A stretch of DNA of 64,000 nucleotides from Clostridia bacterium (lineage in GTDB: Bacteria > Bacillota > Clostridia > Oscillospirales > CAG-272): contig JAFVQL010000078.1 in assembly GCA_017504785.1 (NCBI GenBank), forward strand, positions 1,388 through 65,387, given 5' to 3'. Positions 42,869-52,071 of the stretch are shown one piece after another. The position numbers were made by a program, and so were the translations under genes. How positions within the stretch are numbered: the first letter of the stretch is position 1; each line of letters opens with the position of its first letter. The notes under the pieces were generated by a model, which worked only from the letters and a program-made list of their open reading frames with translations, was not told the origin of the DNA and ran no database searches.

Positions 42869-44622
42869 GCTTCCTTCACCACCGTTTCAATTGCGTTAAA
42901 TTTGCAGTAATTCGTGCAAAGACCACAGCCGTTGCACATGGTCGAATCGATCTGCATTTTTCCGTCAGCACCCTTGGTGATAGCGGGGCATCCGATCTTG
43001 AGGCAGGCACCGCAAGCCTTGCATGCATCGGCGTTCACCTCACAGCTACTAGGGAATTTCTGTCCCTTTAAAAGCACGCAGGGGGCTTTCGCGATGATCA
43101 CGGTCAGCACGTCACCCGCAACGCTTTCCTTCACGGCCTTTTCGAGCGTCTGCACGTCAAAGGCATTCACCTCGATCACGCGCGGTACGCCAATGGCGCG
43201 GCAAAGTGCGGCAAGATCGATCGCATAGGTGTCCTCGCCCTTGAGCGTCTTGCCGGTTGCGGCATGCTCCTGATGCCCCGTCATACCGGTGGTGCGGTTG
43301 TCGAGGATCATCACGGTGGCGGTGGACTTGTTATAAACCATATTGATAAGAGAGTTAACGCCGGTATGTAAGAAGGTGGAGTCACCGATCACGGCAACCC
43401 AGTTCTTGATAAATTCCTTGCCCTTGCCCTTTTCCATGCCGTGCAGGCCGGAAATGGAAGCACCCATGCAGATCGTCGTATCGATGACGCTGAGGGGCGC
43501 AACCGCACCGAGCGTGTAGCAACCGATATCACCGGATGCGTGGATCTTCAGCTTCTTCAGCACGGAGAAAACGCTTCTGTGCGGGCAGCCGGGGCAGAGG
43601 ATGGGCGGGCGCGCGGGAGAATCTGCTTTTTCGAATACGGATTCGTCCTTTCCGTAAAGCACGCGGCGCAAGAGATTTGCACTGTATTCGCCTTGTTTTG
43701 TAAACAATTCTTTTCCTTTTACGTCAAATCCCCATGCACGGATCTGTTCTTCCAGCACAGGCTCAAGCTCTTCAAAGACGTAAACTGTCTCCACTTTTTC
43801 GCAAAAGCTTGTGACAAGCTCCTTGGAAATGGGGTTCACGAGGCCGAACTTCAAAACGCTCGCCTCGGGGCAGACCTCCTTCACGTATTGGTATGCAATG
43901 CCACAGGTGATGAAGCCGATCTTTTTGTCCTTGATCTCCATTTTGTTCACGGGAAGCGTGGCGGCATCCGCGGCAAGGCGGATCTCTCTTGCCTCCACGG
44001 CCTTATGTCTGCCAATGGCGGAGGCAGGCATCATTACGTACTTTGAAGCGTCTCTTTCGTACGCCTTGTCGGCGACCTCTTTGCGCTCGCAAAGCTCTAC
44101 GGCACTCTGGGAGTGTGCAAGCTTCGTGGTGGTACGAAGGATGACGGGGGTGTCGTATTTTTCGCTGATCTCGTAGCCGAGCTTCACAAGCTCCTTTGCC
44201 TCGGCGGAGTCGGATGGCTCAAGCACGGGCACGTGCGCGGAGCGGGCGATCATGCGGGTATCCTGCTCGTTTTGGGAGCTGGCAAGACCGGGATCGTCTG
44301 CCACGACGATGACGGAACCGCCGCCAACGCCCGTGTAAGAGAAGGTATAGAGCGGGTCGCTCGCCACGTTCAGACCGACGTGCTTCATGCAGGCAAGCGA
44401 GCGCACGCCCGAAATAGAAGCGCCGATGGCAACCTCGCAGGCAACCTTTTCGTTGGGCGCCCACTCGGTGTAGACCTCGTCATATTTGGAAAGATATTCG
44501 CTAATCTCGGTGCTGGGGGTGCCCGGGTACGCGCTGGAAAGCTTTACGCCTGCCTCGTATGCGCCTCTGGCAATGGCCTCGTTGCCGAGCATGATCTGTT
44601 GGTTTTTCATTTTTATCTCCAT
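42865..44622 (-). CDS. iorA: Indolepyruvate:ferredoxin oxidoreductase subunit alpha
   Basis: 585 aa with a TPP-binding region (...GDSTFLHTG...) and two C-terminal 4Fe-4S motifs (CKACGACLKIGCP, CNGCGLCTNYC). Confidence 0.88.
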   Translation of the reverse strand: MEIKMKNQQIMLGNEAIARGAYEAGVKLSSAYPGTPSTEISEYLSKYDEVYTEWAPNEKVACEVAIGASISGVRSLACMKHVGLNVASDPLYTFSYTGVGGGSVIVVADDPGLASSQNEQDTRMIARSAHVPVLEPSDSAEAKELVKLGYEISEKYDTPVILRTTTKLAHSQSAVELCERKEVADKAYERDASKYVMMPASAIGRHKAVEAREIRLAADAATLPVNKMEIKDKKIGFITCGIAYQYVKEVCPEASVLKFGLVNPISKELVTSFCEKVETVYVFEELEPVLEEQIRAWGFDVKGKELFTKQGEYSANLLRRVLYGKDESVFEKADSPARPPILCPGCPHRSVFSVLKKLKIHASGDIGCYTLGAVAPLSVIDTTICMGASISGLHGMEKGKGKEFIKNWVAVIGDSTFLHTGVNSLINMVYNKSTATVMILDNRTTGMTGHQEHAATGKTLKGEDTYAIDLAALCRAIGVPRVIEVNAFDVQTLEKAVKESVAGDVLTVIIAKAPCVLLKGQKFPSSCEVNADACKACGACLKIGCPAITKGADGKMQIDSTMCNGCGLCTNYCKFNAIETVVKEA

Positions 44623-45401
44623 TCTGTCGCTCTTTGCGACCTAAAAGCTTATCGGTTTTTATTTGGCAACGGTGTTTCTTAAATCCTTCACGCGCTTTGC
44701 CTTACCCTCGAATCTTGCAGAGCGTTGGGCGAAACGAGCTGTGCCTTGGCATCAAGACCGAGAATGAGAAGATCCTTGCCTCGGTATCTGTGCATCTGCT
44801 CGCGCGGCAGCGTTTCCTCTTTAGACAGAGGTATTTTCTTGTCCTATTTTAAATAAGAGAGAACAGAAGCATTGTACCACAGTTCGTGCCGAATATCAAT
44901 TGTTTTTTTTCTGTTTTTTCTTTTTTTCGTCAAAATGCCGTGCGAAAAAACCGATTTTACATTTTGTCAATAATCAATTAATAAAAAATATTTATTTTAA
45001 GAAGAGGAAAAAGGTATGCTCTCGCACCTTTGCTCCGTGGATGCAGGCGCAGGTCTTGCTCTGTTTTTTCTAAAGCATCGTGCGAGAAAAAAACGGTTTC
45101 GCTTATACGTTTGCCTCAAAAAAACGGCAGTATTCTTTGAAAAGTACCATAAAGGAACAAAAAATGCCGTTTTATGGCGCGTGCTGCTTGGAATAAAAAC
45201 GCGCACAGAGATCCGCGCATCTCTGCATAAAACGCCAGCTTCACCGTGTGTTTTCCCCAAACGGCGGTGCTGCGTTTCCCCTCGCCTCGCTTGGAAGAGG
45301 GAAAAGAGCGGCTCTGTCGCTTTTGTGCGATTTGTCGGAAAACGGCGGCATTTTCTCCAAAATATTTATCGTGCTTTTTTTATTATTTTTGACGGTTCCT
45401 A

Positions 45402-45430
45402 TTGAATTTTTGGGGTGGTTGTGCTATAAT
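45402..45430 (+). promoter_or_regulatory. Sigma-A promoter (extended -10) upstream of rex
   Basis: TTGAAT (45402-45407), a 17-nt spacer ending TGC, then TATAAT (45425-45430). It gives a leader of about 185 nt. Confidence 0.55.
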
Positions 45431-45622
45431 ATCATAGGTTAAATATTTATCAATCTTTTGTGCGCGCTGATCCGCGCCACCTCGAATGGCGTTTGCACAA
45501 GCGTTTTTAATCGATTATCGATATATCGATATATTGTGTATCGATTGTTGCACTTATAAAATTAATGTAGAAAAAGCTCGAAAAACGAAAACGGAGAATT
45601 TTACGAAAGGACGAGGTAGCAA

Positions 45623-46240
45623 ATGGCGGCTCACTCTATACCCAAAGCAACGCTCGGGCGCATCCCCCTATACTTGCAGTATCTCAGGGAACTGTCCGAT
45701 GACGGTACGATCGTGGTATCCGCGCCGAAGATCGCGCGGGGGCTGTCGCTCGGTGAGGTTCAGGTCCGCAAGGATCTCGCCTTGATCAGCGGCCGCGGAA
45801 AACCGAGGATCGGATATGAGCGTGCCTCGCTGCTGCAGGATCTTGAAAGGCATCTCGGCTGTGAAAGCTTTACGGGCGCGGTGCTCGTCGGCGCGGGAAA
45901 GCTCGGCAGAGCACTTCTGGATTACGACGGCTTTGAGGAGTTCGGCATAAAGATCCTCGCAGGCTTTGACTGTAATGAGATCGCGTTTCCCATCGGCAAA
46001 AACAAAACCGTTATGCCGATCAAGGATATTTCCGAATATTGCATCGAGAATAACGTGAAGATCGGTATTATCACGGTCGGGCAGGGCTCGGCACAAACCG
46101 TGTGTGATACGCTGGTCGCGTGCGGCATCAAGGCGATATGGAACTTTGCTCCGTGCGCGCTCTCGGTGCCCGCAGGCGTTGTTTTAAAGCAAGAAAATCT
46201 GGCTCTTTCGCTTGCACATCTGATAGCACAAACAAAATAA
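45623..46240 (+). CDS. rex: Redox-sensing transcriptional repressor Rex
   Basis: 205 aa, ...IPKATLGRIPLYLQYLRELSDDG...VSAPKIARGLSLGEVQVRKDL... (winged helix) plus Rossmann fold VLVGAGKLGRAL. Confidence 0.92.
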   Translation: MAAHSIPKATLGRIPLYLQYLRELSDDGTIVVSAPKIARGLSLGEVQVRKDLALISGRGKPRIGYERASLLQDLERHLGCESFTGAVLVGAGKLGRALLDYDGFEEFGIKILAGFDCNEIAFPIGKNKTVMPIKDISEYCIENNVKIGIITVGQGSAQTVCDTLVACGIKAIWNFAPCALSVPAGVVLKQENLALSLAHLIAQTK

Positions 46241-46267
46241 CGAAAAATATACGTGAGGAATGATTTT

Positions 46268-46507
46268 ATGAAGGTTACTGTATGTATTGGAAGCTCCTGC
46301 CATATCAAAGGCTCCCGTCAGGTAGTAGAGCAGCTTCAAAAGCTGGTAGCAGAGCATAATATCGAGGATAAGGTGGAGCTTGGCGGCACGTTCTGTCTCG
46401 GCAATTGTCAGCGGGGCGTATGCGTTATGGTTGACGATGCCTTTCATTCGGTTTCCCCCGAAAGTGTCGGCGCGTTTTTTGAAACCGAGATTTTGGCAAA
46501 GGTGTGA
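46268..46507 (+). CDS. Thioredoxin-like [2Fe-2S] ferredoxin (NuoE/HndA-like)
   Basis: 79 aa with Cys pattern CIGSSC ... CLGNC (Cx4C...Cx3C). Confidence 0.75.
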   Translation: MKVTVCIGSSCHIKGSRQVVEQLQKLVAEHNIEDKVELGGTFCLGNCQRGVCVMVDDAFHSVSPESVGAFFETEILAKV

Positions 46508-46512
46508 AGGAT

Positions 46513-46776
46513 ATGCTGATCGTTCAGGTTTGCGTCGGTTCCGCCTGCCATTTGAAAGGCTCTGCGGAGATCGTTTCGCTTTTGGAGAGCGCCATTGCCG
46601 AGCATCATCTTGAGGATGAAGTGGTGCTCACAGGCAGCTTCTGCATTGGTAAATGCAACCGCACGGGCGTGACCGTTCAGGTAAATGACGAGGTCCATAT
46701 CGGCGTCACGACGGAGAATTTCAGAGAGTTTTTCAAGAAGAACGTGCTTGACGCGGTTGAAGGCGAAAGGAAGTAA
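46513..46776 (+). CDS. Thioredoxin-like [2Fe-2S] ferredoxin (NuoE/HndA-like), tandem paralog
   Basis: 87 aa with Cys pattern CVGSAC ... CIGKC. Confidence 0.75.
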   Translation: MLIVQVCVGSACHLKGSAEIVSLLESAIAEHHLEDEVVLTGSFCIGKCNRTGVTVQVNDEVHIGVTTENFREFFKKNVLDAVEGERK

Positions 46777-46781
46777 GCGTA

Positions 46782-48458
46782 ATGGCAAATTGCTTAACTT
46801 TGAAAAAATCAAACTGCAAGTCCTGCTTCCGTTGCGTGAGAAAGTGCCCGGTCAAGGCGATCCGCTTTTCGGGCAATCAGGCGCATATTATCGGTAACGA
46901 ATGCATTCTCTGCGGCAACTGCGTGGTGCAATGCCCGCAGAACGCAAAGGAGATCGCGGACGGCATCGAGAAGGTAAGAGTTCTGCTTCAGTCGGGGGAT
47001 CCCGTGGTCGTCAGTCTCGCGCCCTCGTTCGTTGCCAATTACGGCGGCATCGGCATAGAGTCCATGCGCCGCGCGATCAAGAAGCTCGGCTTTTATGACG
47101 TGGAAGAGACCGCGATCGGTGCAACGATCGTGAAAAGAGAATACGAGCGCCTCATTAAAGAGGAGGAAAGAGATATCATCATCACCTCCTGCTGTCATTC
47201 CGTTAACCTTTTGATACAGAAGCGCTTTCCCGAGTGCCTGGAATATCTGGCAGACGTAATGTCGCCCATGCAGGCGCACTGCAGCAATATCAAGAAACGT
47301 ATTCCGAACGTCAAGACCGTGTTTATCGGTCCCTGCGTTGCAAAGAAGGATGAGGCGGAATATTATGAGGGAATCGTGGATGCGGTGCTGACCTTCGAGG
47401 AGCTCGATAAGATGCTCGGCGAGGCTTATATCACCCTTGAGCAGGAGAGCGATTCCAGTGAAGACAGCCGCGCGCGCTTTTTCCCGACCACGGGCGGCGT
47501 GCTGAAGACCATGGCGCAGGACGCCCCGGGATATACTTACCTCGCGGTGGACGGTGTTGAAAACTGCATGACCGCGCTGAAGGATATCGCAAGCGGTAAG
47601 ATCCATAAATGCTTCATCGAAATGTCGGCGTGCATCGGCAGCTGTATCGGCGGTCCCGTGATGAACCGTTCGGGCAAGCCGCTCGTCAGCGATTACATGA
47701 AGATCGCAAGTTACGCGGGCGCGCGCGACTTTGATGTGGCGCAGCCGGATGCGGCGGAGCTGAAAAAGAACTTTTCCGCCATCGAGCATAAGCTTCCCAT
47801 GCCGAGCGAGAGCGAGATCATGTCGGTCCTTCGTCAGATGGGCAAATTCAAGCCCGAGGACGAGCTGAACTGCGGTACCTGCGGATACAATTCCTGCCGC
47901 GATAAGGCGATCGCCATCATTCAGGGTAAGGCGGAGATCTCCATGTGCCTTCCTTTCCTCAAGGATAAGGCGGAGAGCTTCTCGGATACCATCGTTAAGA
48001 ATACGCCCAACGCCCTGATCGTGCTGAACGAGAATCTCGAGGTGCAGCAGATCAACAATGCGGCACGCAAGATCATGAACATCCGCGCGGCGTCCGACGT
48101 GCTCGGAGAGCCCGTCGTTCGCATTCTCGACCCCACGCTGTTCGCGCAGGTCAAGATGAGCGGAAGAAATATAAGAAACAGACGCACATACCTTGCCGAA
48201 TACCAGAAATACGTAGAGCAAACGGTGGTTTACGATGCCGATTCCCGCATGCTCATCGGTATCATGCGTGACATTACCGATGAGGTTGAGGCACAGGAAA
48301 AGAAGGAAAGCATCAGCCGCCAGACGGTCGAGGTTGCGGATAAGGTCGTTGAAAAGCAGATGAGGATCGTTCAGGAGATCGCATCGCTTCTCGGCGAGAC
48401 CGCCGCGGAAACCAAGATCGCTCTAACGAAGCTGAAGGAGTCGATCGGCGATGAATGA
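46782..48458 (+). CDS. hydS: Sensory-type [FeFe]-hydrogenase-like protein with C-terminal PAS domain (HydS/HfsB-like)
   Basis: 558 aa. It has N-terminal 4Fe-4S motifs (CKSCFRCVRKCP, CILCGNCVVQCP). The H-cluster-type motifs are TSCCHS, FIGPCVAKKDE and EMSACIGSCIGGP. An additional Cx2Cx4C follows, then a PAS-like C-terminal region. Confidence 0.8.
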   Translation: MANCLTLKKSNCKSCFRCVRKCPVKAIRFSGNQAHIIGNECILCGNCVVQCPQNAKEIADGIEKVRVLLQSGDPVVVSLAPSFVANYGGIGIESMRRAIKKLGFYDVEETAIGATIVKREYERLIKEEERDIIITSCCHSVNLLIQKRFPECLEYLADVMSPMQAHCSNIKKRIPNVKTVFIGPCVAKKDEAEYYEGIVDAVLTFEELDKMLGEAYITLEQESDSSEDSRARFFPTTGGVLKTMAQDAPGYTYLAVDGVENCMTALKDIASGKIHKCFIEMSACIGSCIGGPVMNRSGKPLVSDYMKIASYAGARDFDVAQPDAAELKKNFSAIEHKLPMPSESEIMSVLRQMGKFKPEDELNCGTCGYNSCRDKAIAIIQGKAEISMCLPFLKDKAESFSDTIVKNTPNALIVLNENLEVQQINNAARKIMNIRAASDVLGEPVVRILDPTLFAQVKMSGRNIRNRRTYLAEYQKYVEQTVVYDADSRMLIGIMRDITDEVEAQEKKESISRQTVEVADKVVEKQMRIVQEIASLLGETAAETKIALTKLKESIGDE

Positions 48459-49623
48459 TTTATGTGCAGATATCGGATATAAAAGCATCAATCACGACGG
48501 CGAGGAGCTTTGCGGTGACCACGTGGACGTGGTCGAGGAGGGCGAAAATTCCACGGTGATCGTGTTGGCGGACGGACTTGGCTCCGGCGTAAAGGCGAGC
48601 ATCCTTTCCACGCTAACGTCCAAGATCATCTCCACGATGATGGCCGCGGGGCTTCCCATCGAGGAATGCGTGGCGACCATCGCCGCAACGCTTCCCGTAT
48701 GCTCCCTGCGCGGCGTGGCGTATTCCACCTTTACGATCGTTCATCTTTTAAATAACGAGATAGCCGAGATCATTCAGTACGATAATCCGCACGTGATACT
48801 GATCCGTGACTACGAGCAGTACGATTATCCGAAAACCGAAATGAATATCGACGGCAAGAAGATCTATAAATCCACCATCAAGCTCAAGGAGGATGACGTA
48901 TTCATTCTCATGAGTGACGGATGTCCTCACGCGGGTCTTGGCGGAAGATACAACTTCGGATGGAAGCGAGAGGAGATCGCCGCCTATATGCAAGCGCTCG
49001 TTGCGGGCGGATATACGGCGAAAAATCTTTCCACGATGCTCGTTGACGAATGCGATAAGCTTTACGGGCATAAGCCGGGAGACGATACCACCGCCTGCGT
49101 GATCAAGATCCGAAAGAGAGAGCCGATGAATATTCTTTTCGGCCCGCCCTCGAACCGAGACGATGCAAACCGCATGATGTCGCTCTTTTTCTCCAAGCAG
49201 GGAAAGCACATCGTTTGCGGCGGCACGACCTCTTCGATCGCCTCGAAATTTCTCGGCAAGCCCTTGGTCGCGAGTATAAAATTCGAGCGCAGTGACGTTC
49301 CGCCCATCGCGTACATCGAGGGCGTGGATCTGGTGACGGAGGGTGTCATCACGATGAATAAGGTCATTCAGTACGCCAAGGATTATCTCGGAGAGAACGA
49401 GCTTTACGAGGATTGGAATTTCAAAAAGGACGGCGCATCCTTGATCAGCCGCCTTCTTTTCGAGGAAGCAACGGATATCAATTTTTACGTAGGCCGTGCG
49501 ATCAACCCCGCGCACCAGAATCCGGACCTTCCTATCAACTTTAGTATTAAAATGAATCTTGTAGAAGAGCTGTCCGCGTGCCTAAAGCGAATGGGCAAGC
49601 GCATTAAGGTCAGTTATTTCTAA
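48451..49623 (+). CDS. PP2C/SpoIIE-family serine phosphatase with an extra C-terminal domain
   Basis: 390 aa, ...CGDHVDVVEEGENSTVIVLADGLGSGVKASILS... and ...DDTTACVIKI.... It has an 8-nt overlap with hydS. Confidence 0.8.
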   Translation: MNDLCADIGYKSINHDGEELCGDHVDVVEEGENSTVIVLADGLGSGVKASILSTLTSKIISTMMAAGLPIEECVATIAATLPVCSLRGVAYSTFTIVHLLNNEIAEIIQYDNPHVILIRDYEQYDYPKTEMNIDGKKIYKSTIKLKEDDVFILMSDGCPHAGLGGRYNFGWKREEIAAYMQALVAGGYTAKNLSTMLVDECDKLYGHKPGDDTTACVIKIRKREPMNILFGPPSNRDDANRMMSLFFSKQGKHIVCGGTTSSIASKFLGKPLVASIKFERSDVPPIAYIEGVDLVTEGVITMNKVIQYAKDYLGENELYEDWNFKKDGASLISRLLFEEATDINFYVGRAINPAHQNPDLPINFSIKMNLVEELSACLKRMGKRIKVSYF

Positions 49624-49639
49624 TATTTTGAGGAAAATT

Positions 49640-50590
49640 ATGATGCAGAAGAAAGTTACAATTATTGGCGCAGGTGCCGTCGGTGCCACCACCGCGTTCG
49701 CACTTTTGACCAGAGGCGCGGCCTCCGAGGTCGTCCTGATCGACGTGAATACCGAGAAGGCACTCGGCGAAGCGCTTGATATAAAGCAGGCAACCCCTTT
49801 TATTGACAATTGCGATATCTATGCCGGCTCGTATGCCGATGCGGTAGGCTCGGACGTTGTCGTTATCACCTCGGGTGTCGGAAGGAAGCCCGGCCAGTCA
49901 AGACTTGAGCTCGTGCAAACGAACGTGGGTATCATCAAGCAGATATCCCAAGAGATCGTAAAGGCGGCGCCGAACGCGATCTATATTCTCGTTGCCAACC
50001 CCGTGGATATTCTGACCTATGCCTTCCTCAAGTACACCGGGCTTCCCAAGAGTCAGGTGTTCGGAACGGGAACGGTGCTGGATACCATCCGCCTTCGCAC
50101 CCGTCTGGCGGAGATCTATAACGTAAATAAACAGCAGGTGCATGCGAACGTGCTCGGCGAGCACGGAGATACCTCCTTCGTCGCATGGTCCACCGCAACG
50201 ATCGCGGGCGTTCCGCTCTGCGAATTTGACAGCTCGATCGCATCCGCATACCGCCTTCCCAACGAGTATACGAGAGAGGACGTTGAGACCTACGTGAGAA
50301 AGTCCGGTGGAAAGATCATTGCACGCAAGGGCTGTACCGTGTACGGCATCGGCATGACCACGACGCATATCGTAAAATCCTTGGGCGGCAGCGCGGAGAC
50401 GGCGATGACGGTTTCTTCGCTTCACGAAGGGGAATACGGCATCAAGGACGTTTGCCTCAGCTCGCTTTCGTTGGTCGATCGCACCGGTGTGCGCTCGATT
50501 TTAACGCAAAAGCTTTCCGATGAGGAGCTGAAGAAGCTGCATGCATCCGCAGAGGCTCTTAAGGCCGTGATCAAAAACGTAACCTTTTAA
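49640..50590 (+). CDS. L-lactate/malate dehydrogenase-family enzyme (LDH-clade backbone, Arg at the substrate-discriminating position: possibly malate dehydrogenase)
   Basis: The ATG at 49640 follows GAGGA. It has VTIIGAGAVGATTAF (Rossmann fold) and the loop SGVGRKPGQSRLELV, with R where LDHs have Q102. It also has VLGEHGDTSF and GTGTVLDTIRLR. Confidence 0.75.
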   Translation: MMQKKVTIIGAGAVGATTAFALLTRGAASEVVLIDVNTEKALGEALDIKQATPFIDNCDIYAGSYADAVGSDVVVITSGVGRKPGQSRLELVQTNVGIIKQISQEIVKAAPNAIYILVANPVDILTYAFLKYTGLPKSQVFGTGTVLDTIRLRTRLAEIYNVNKQQVHANVLGEHGDTSFVAWSTATIAGVPLCEFDSSIASAYRLPNEYTREDVETYVRKSGGKIIARKGCTVYGIGMTTTHIVKSLGGSAETAMTVSSLHEGEYGIKDVCLSSLSLVDRTGVRSILTQKLSDEELKKLHASAEALKAVIKNVTF

Positions 50591-50600
50591 GGGGTAAAGC

Positions 50601-52031
50601 ATGAGAAAATTTGATACGAAAATACAACATTTGAAATATAAGGTGCTGCGTGAGGTCGCAAGACTTGCGTGGGAGGATAAGCTTCTTGAGAACCTGATGG
50701 ATATTCCCGGAAAGCTCGTTCCCGGCAAGGAAGCCACCATGCGCTGTTGCGTGTACAAGGAGAGGGCGATCCTCGGTGAGCGCGTAAAGATCGCGATGGG
50801 CGGCGATAAAGAAAACCCCAACGTGATCGAGGTGATCGAGATCGCTTGCGACGAATGTCCCGTCGGGGGCTTCGAGGTCACCAATGCGTGCCGCGGCTGT
50901 CTTGCCCACCGCTGTGAGGACGTTTGCAGATTCGGTGCCCTTTCCTTTGACGATAACCACGTGGCACATATCGATAAAACCAAGTGCAAGGAATGCGGCG
51001 CGTGTGCAAAGGTCTGCCCCTACACCGCGATCGTAAGCCGCAAGCGTCCCTGTCAGAATGCCTGCAAGGTCAAGGCGATCACGATGAACGAAGAGAAGTC
51101 GGCGAAGATCGATAACAGCAAGTGCATTCAGTGCGGCGCGTGCGTATATCAGTGTCCGTTCGGCGCGATCCAGGATAAGTCTTATATTCTGGATGCGATC
51201 GATATTCTTAAGAAGAGCAAGGCGTATACGGCGGAGAGCGATTATCACGCTTACGCCATCGTCGCTCCGTCCATCTCGAGCCAGTTCTCCTATGCGAAGC
51301 TCGGTCAGGTGGTTACGGGACTGAAAAAACTCGGCTTCCGCGATATCATCGAGGCGGCACTCGGCGCGGATATGGTCGCCATGTCCGAGGCGAAGGAGCT
51401 TTCCGAGAAGGGACTTCTCACAAGCTCGTGCTGTCCCGCCTTCGTGCAGTATATCAAATCCGCCTTCCCACATCTTGTGGAGCATATCTCGCATAATCTG
51501 TCGCCCATGGCGGTGCTTGCGAAGTACATAAAGGAAACGACGCCCGGAGCCAAGGTCGTCTTTATTGGTCCGTGCACCGCGAAAAAGGCAGAGGCGCAGC
51601 TTGCGTCCGTCAAGCCCTACGTGGATGCCGTGTTGACCTTCGAGGAGCTGCAAGCTCTCTTTGACAGCCGTGACTTCGATCTTTCCACCTTTGAGGAGGG
51701 CGTGCTGGATAACGCATCCTATTTCGGCCGTATCTTCGCAAGAAGCGGCGGACTCACCGATGCGGCCGTGCAGGCAATGAAGGAGCAGAATATCGATTTC
51801 GAGATCAAGCCCGTGGTTTGTGACGGGATCGAGGCGTGCCGTATGGCGCTTCTCAAGCTCGGCAAGGGTGTCCTTGATGGCAATTTCATCGAGGGTATGG
51901 CTTGTGTCGGCGGCTGTATCAACGGTGCGGGATGCTTGACGCACGGTGAAAAGAACAAGACCGAGGTGGATAAGTACGGCCGCGAGGCGCTGGAAAAAAC
52001 CATCTCCGATGCAATCTCGATCCTAAAATAA
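50601..52031 (+). CDS. hydA: [FeFe] hydrogenase, monomeric ferredoxin-dependent type
   Basis: 476 aa. It has several 4Fe-4S motifs (CKECGACAKVCP, CIQCGACVYQCP). The H-cluster motifs are TSSCCPAF, FIGPCTAKKAE and EGMACVGGCINGAG. Confidence 0.85.
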   Translation: MRKFDTKIQHLKYKVLREVARLAWEDKLLENLMDIPGKLVPGKEATMRCCVYKERAILGERVKIAMGGDKENPNVIEVIEIACDECPVGGFEVTNACRGCLAHRCEDVCRFGALSFDDNHVAHIDKTKCKECGACAKVCPYTAIVSRKRPCQNACKVKAITMNEEKSAKIDNSKCIQCGACVYQCPFGAIQDKSYILDAIDILKKSKAYTAESDYHAYAIVAPSISSQFSYAKLGQVVTGLKKLGFRDIIEAALGADMVAMSEAKELSEKGLLTSSCCPAFVQYIKSAFPHLVEHISHNLSPMAVLAKYIKETTPGAKVVFIGPCTAKKAEAQLASVKPYVDAVLTFEELQALFDSRDFDLSTFEEGVLDNASYFGRIFARSGGLTDAAVQAMKEQNIDFEIKPVVCDGIEACRMALLKLGKGVLDGNFIEGMACVGGCINGAGCLTHGEKNKTEVDKYGREALEKTISDAISILK

Positions 52032-52071
52032 TTTTGAAAAAACTTGTCTCTATTCAAGAAAGGATATAAAA

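Noticed and set aside
45016-45405. 129-aa + strand ORF (and 44997-45260 on the - strand) in the ior-rex intergenic region
   Set aside because: Both are highly basic with poly-K/R/F stretches derived from A/T runs. There is no RBS, and they overlap the predicted rex promoter. I treat them as non-coding.
45402-45622. Canonical Rex operator upstream of rex
   Set aside because: The best candidate, TTGTTGCACTTATAAAA, matches only one half-site. There is no TTGTGAA/TTCACAA or TTGTTAA/TTAACAA inverted pair, so I make no claim.
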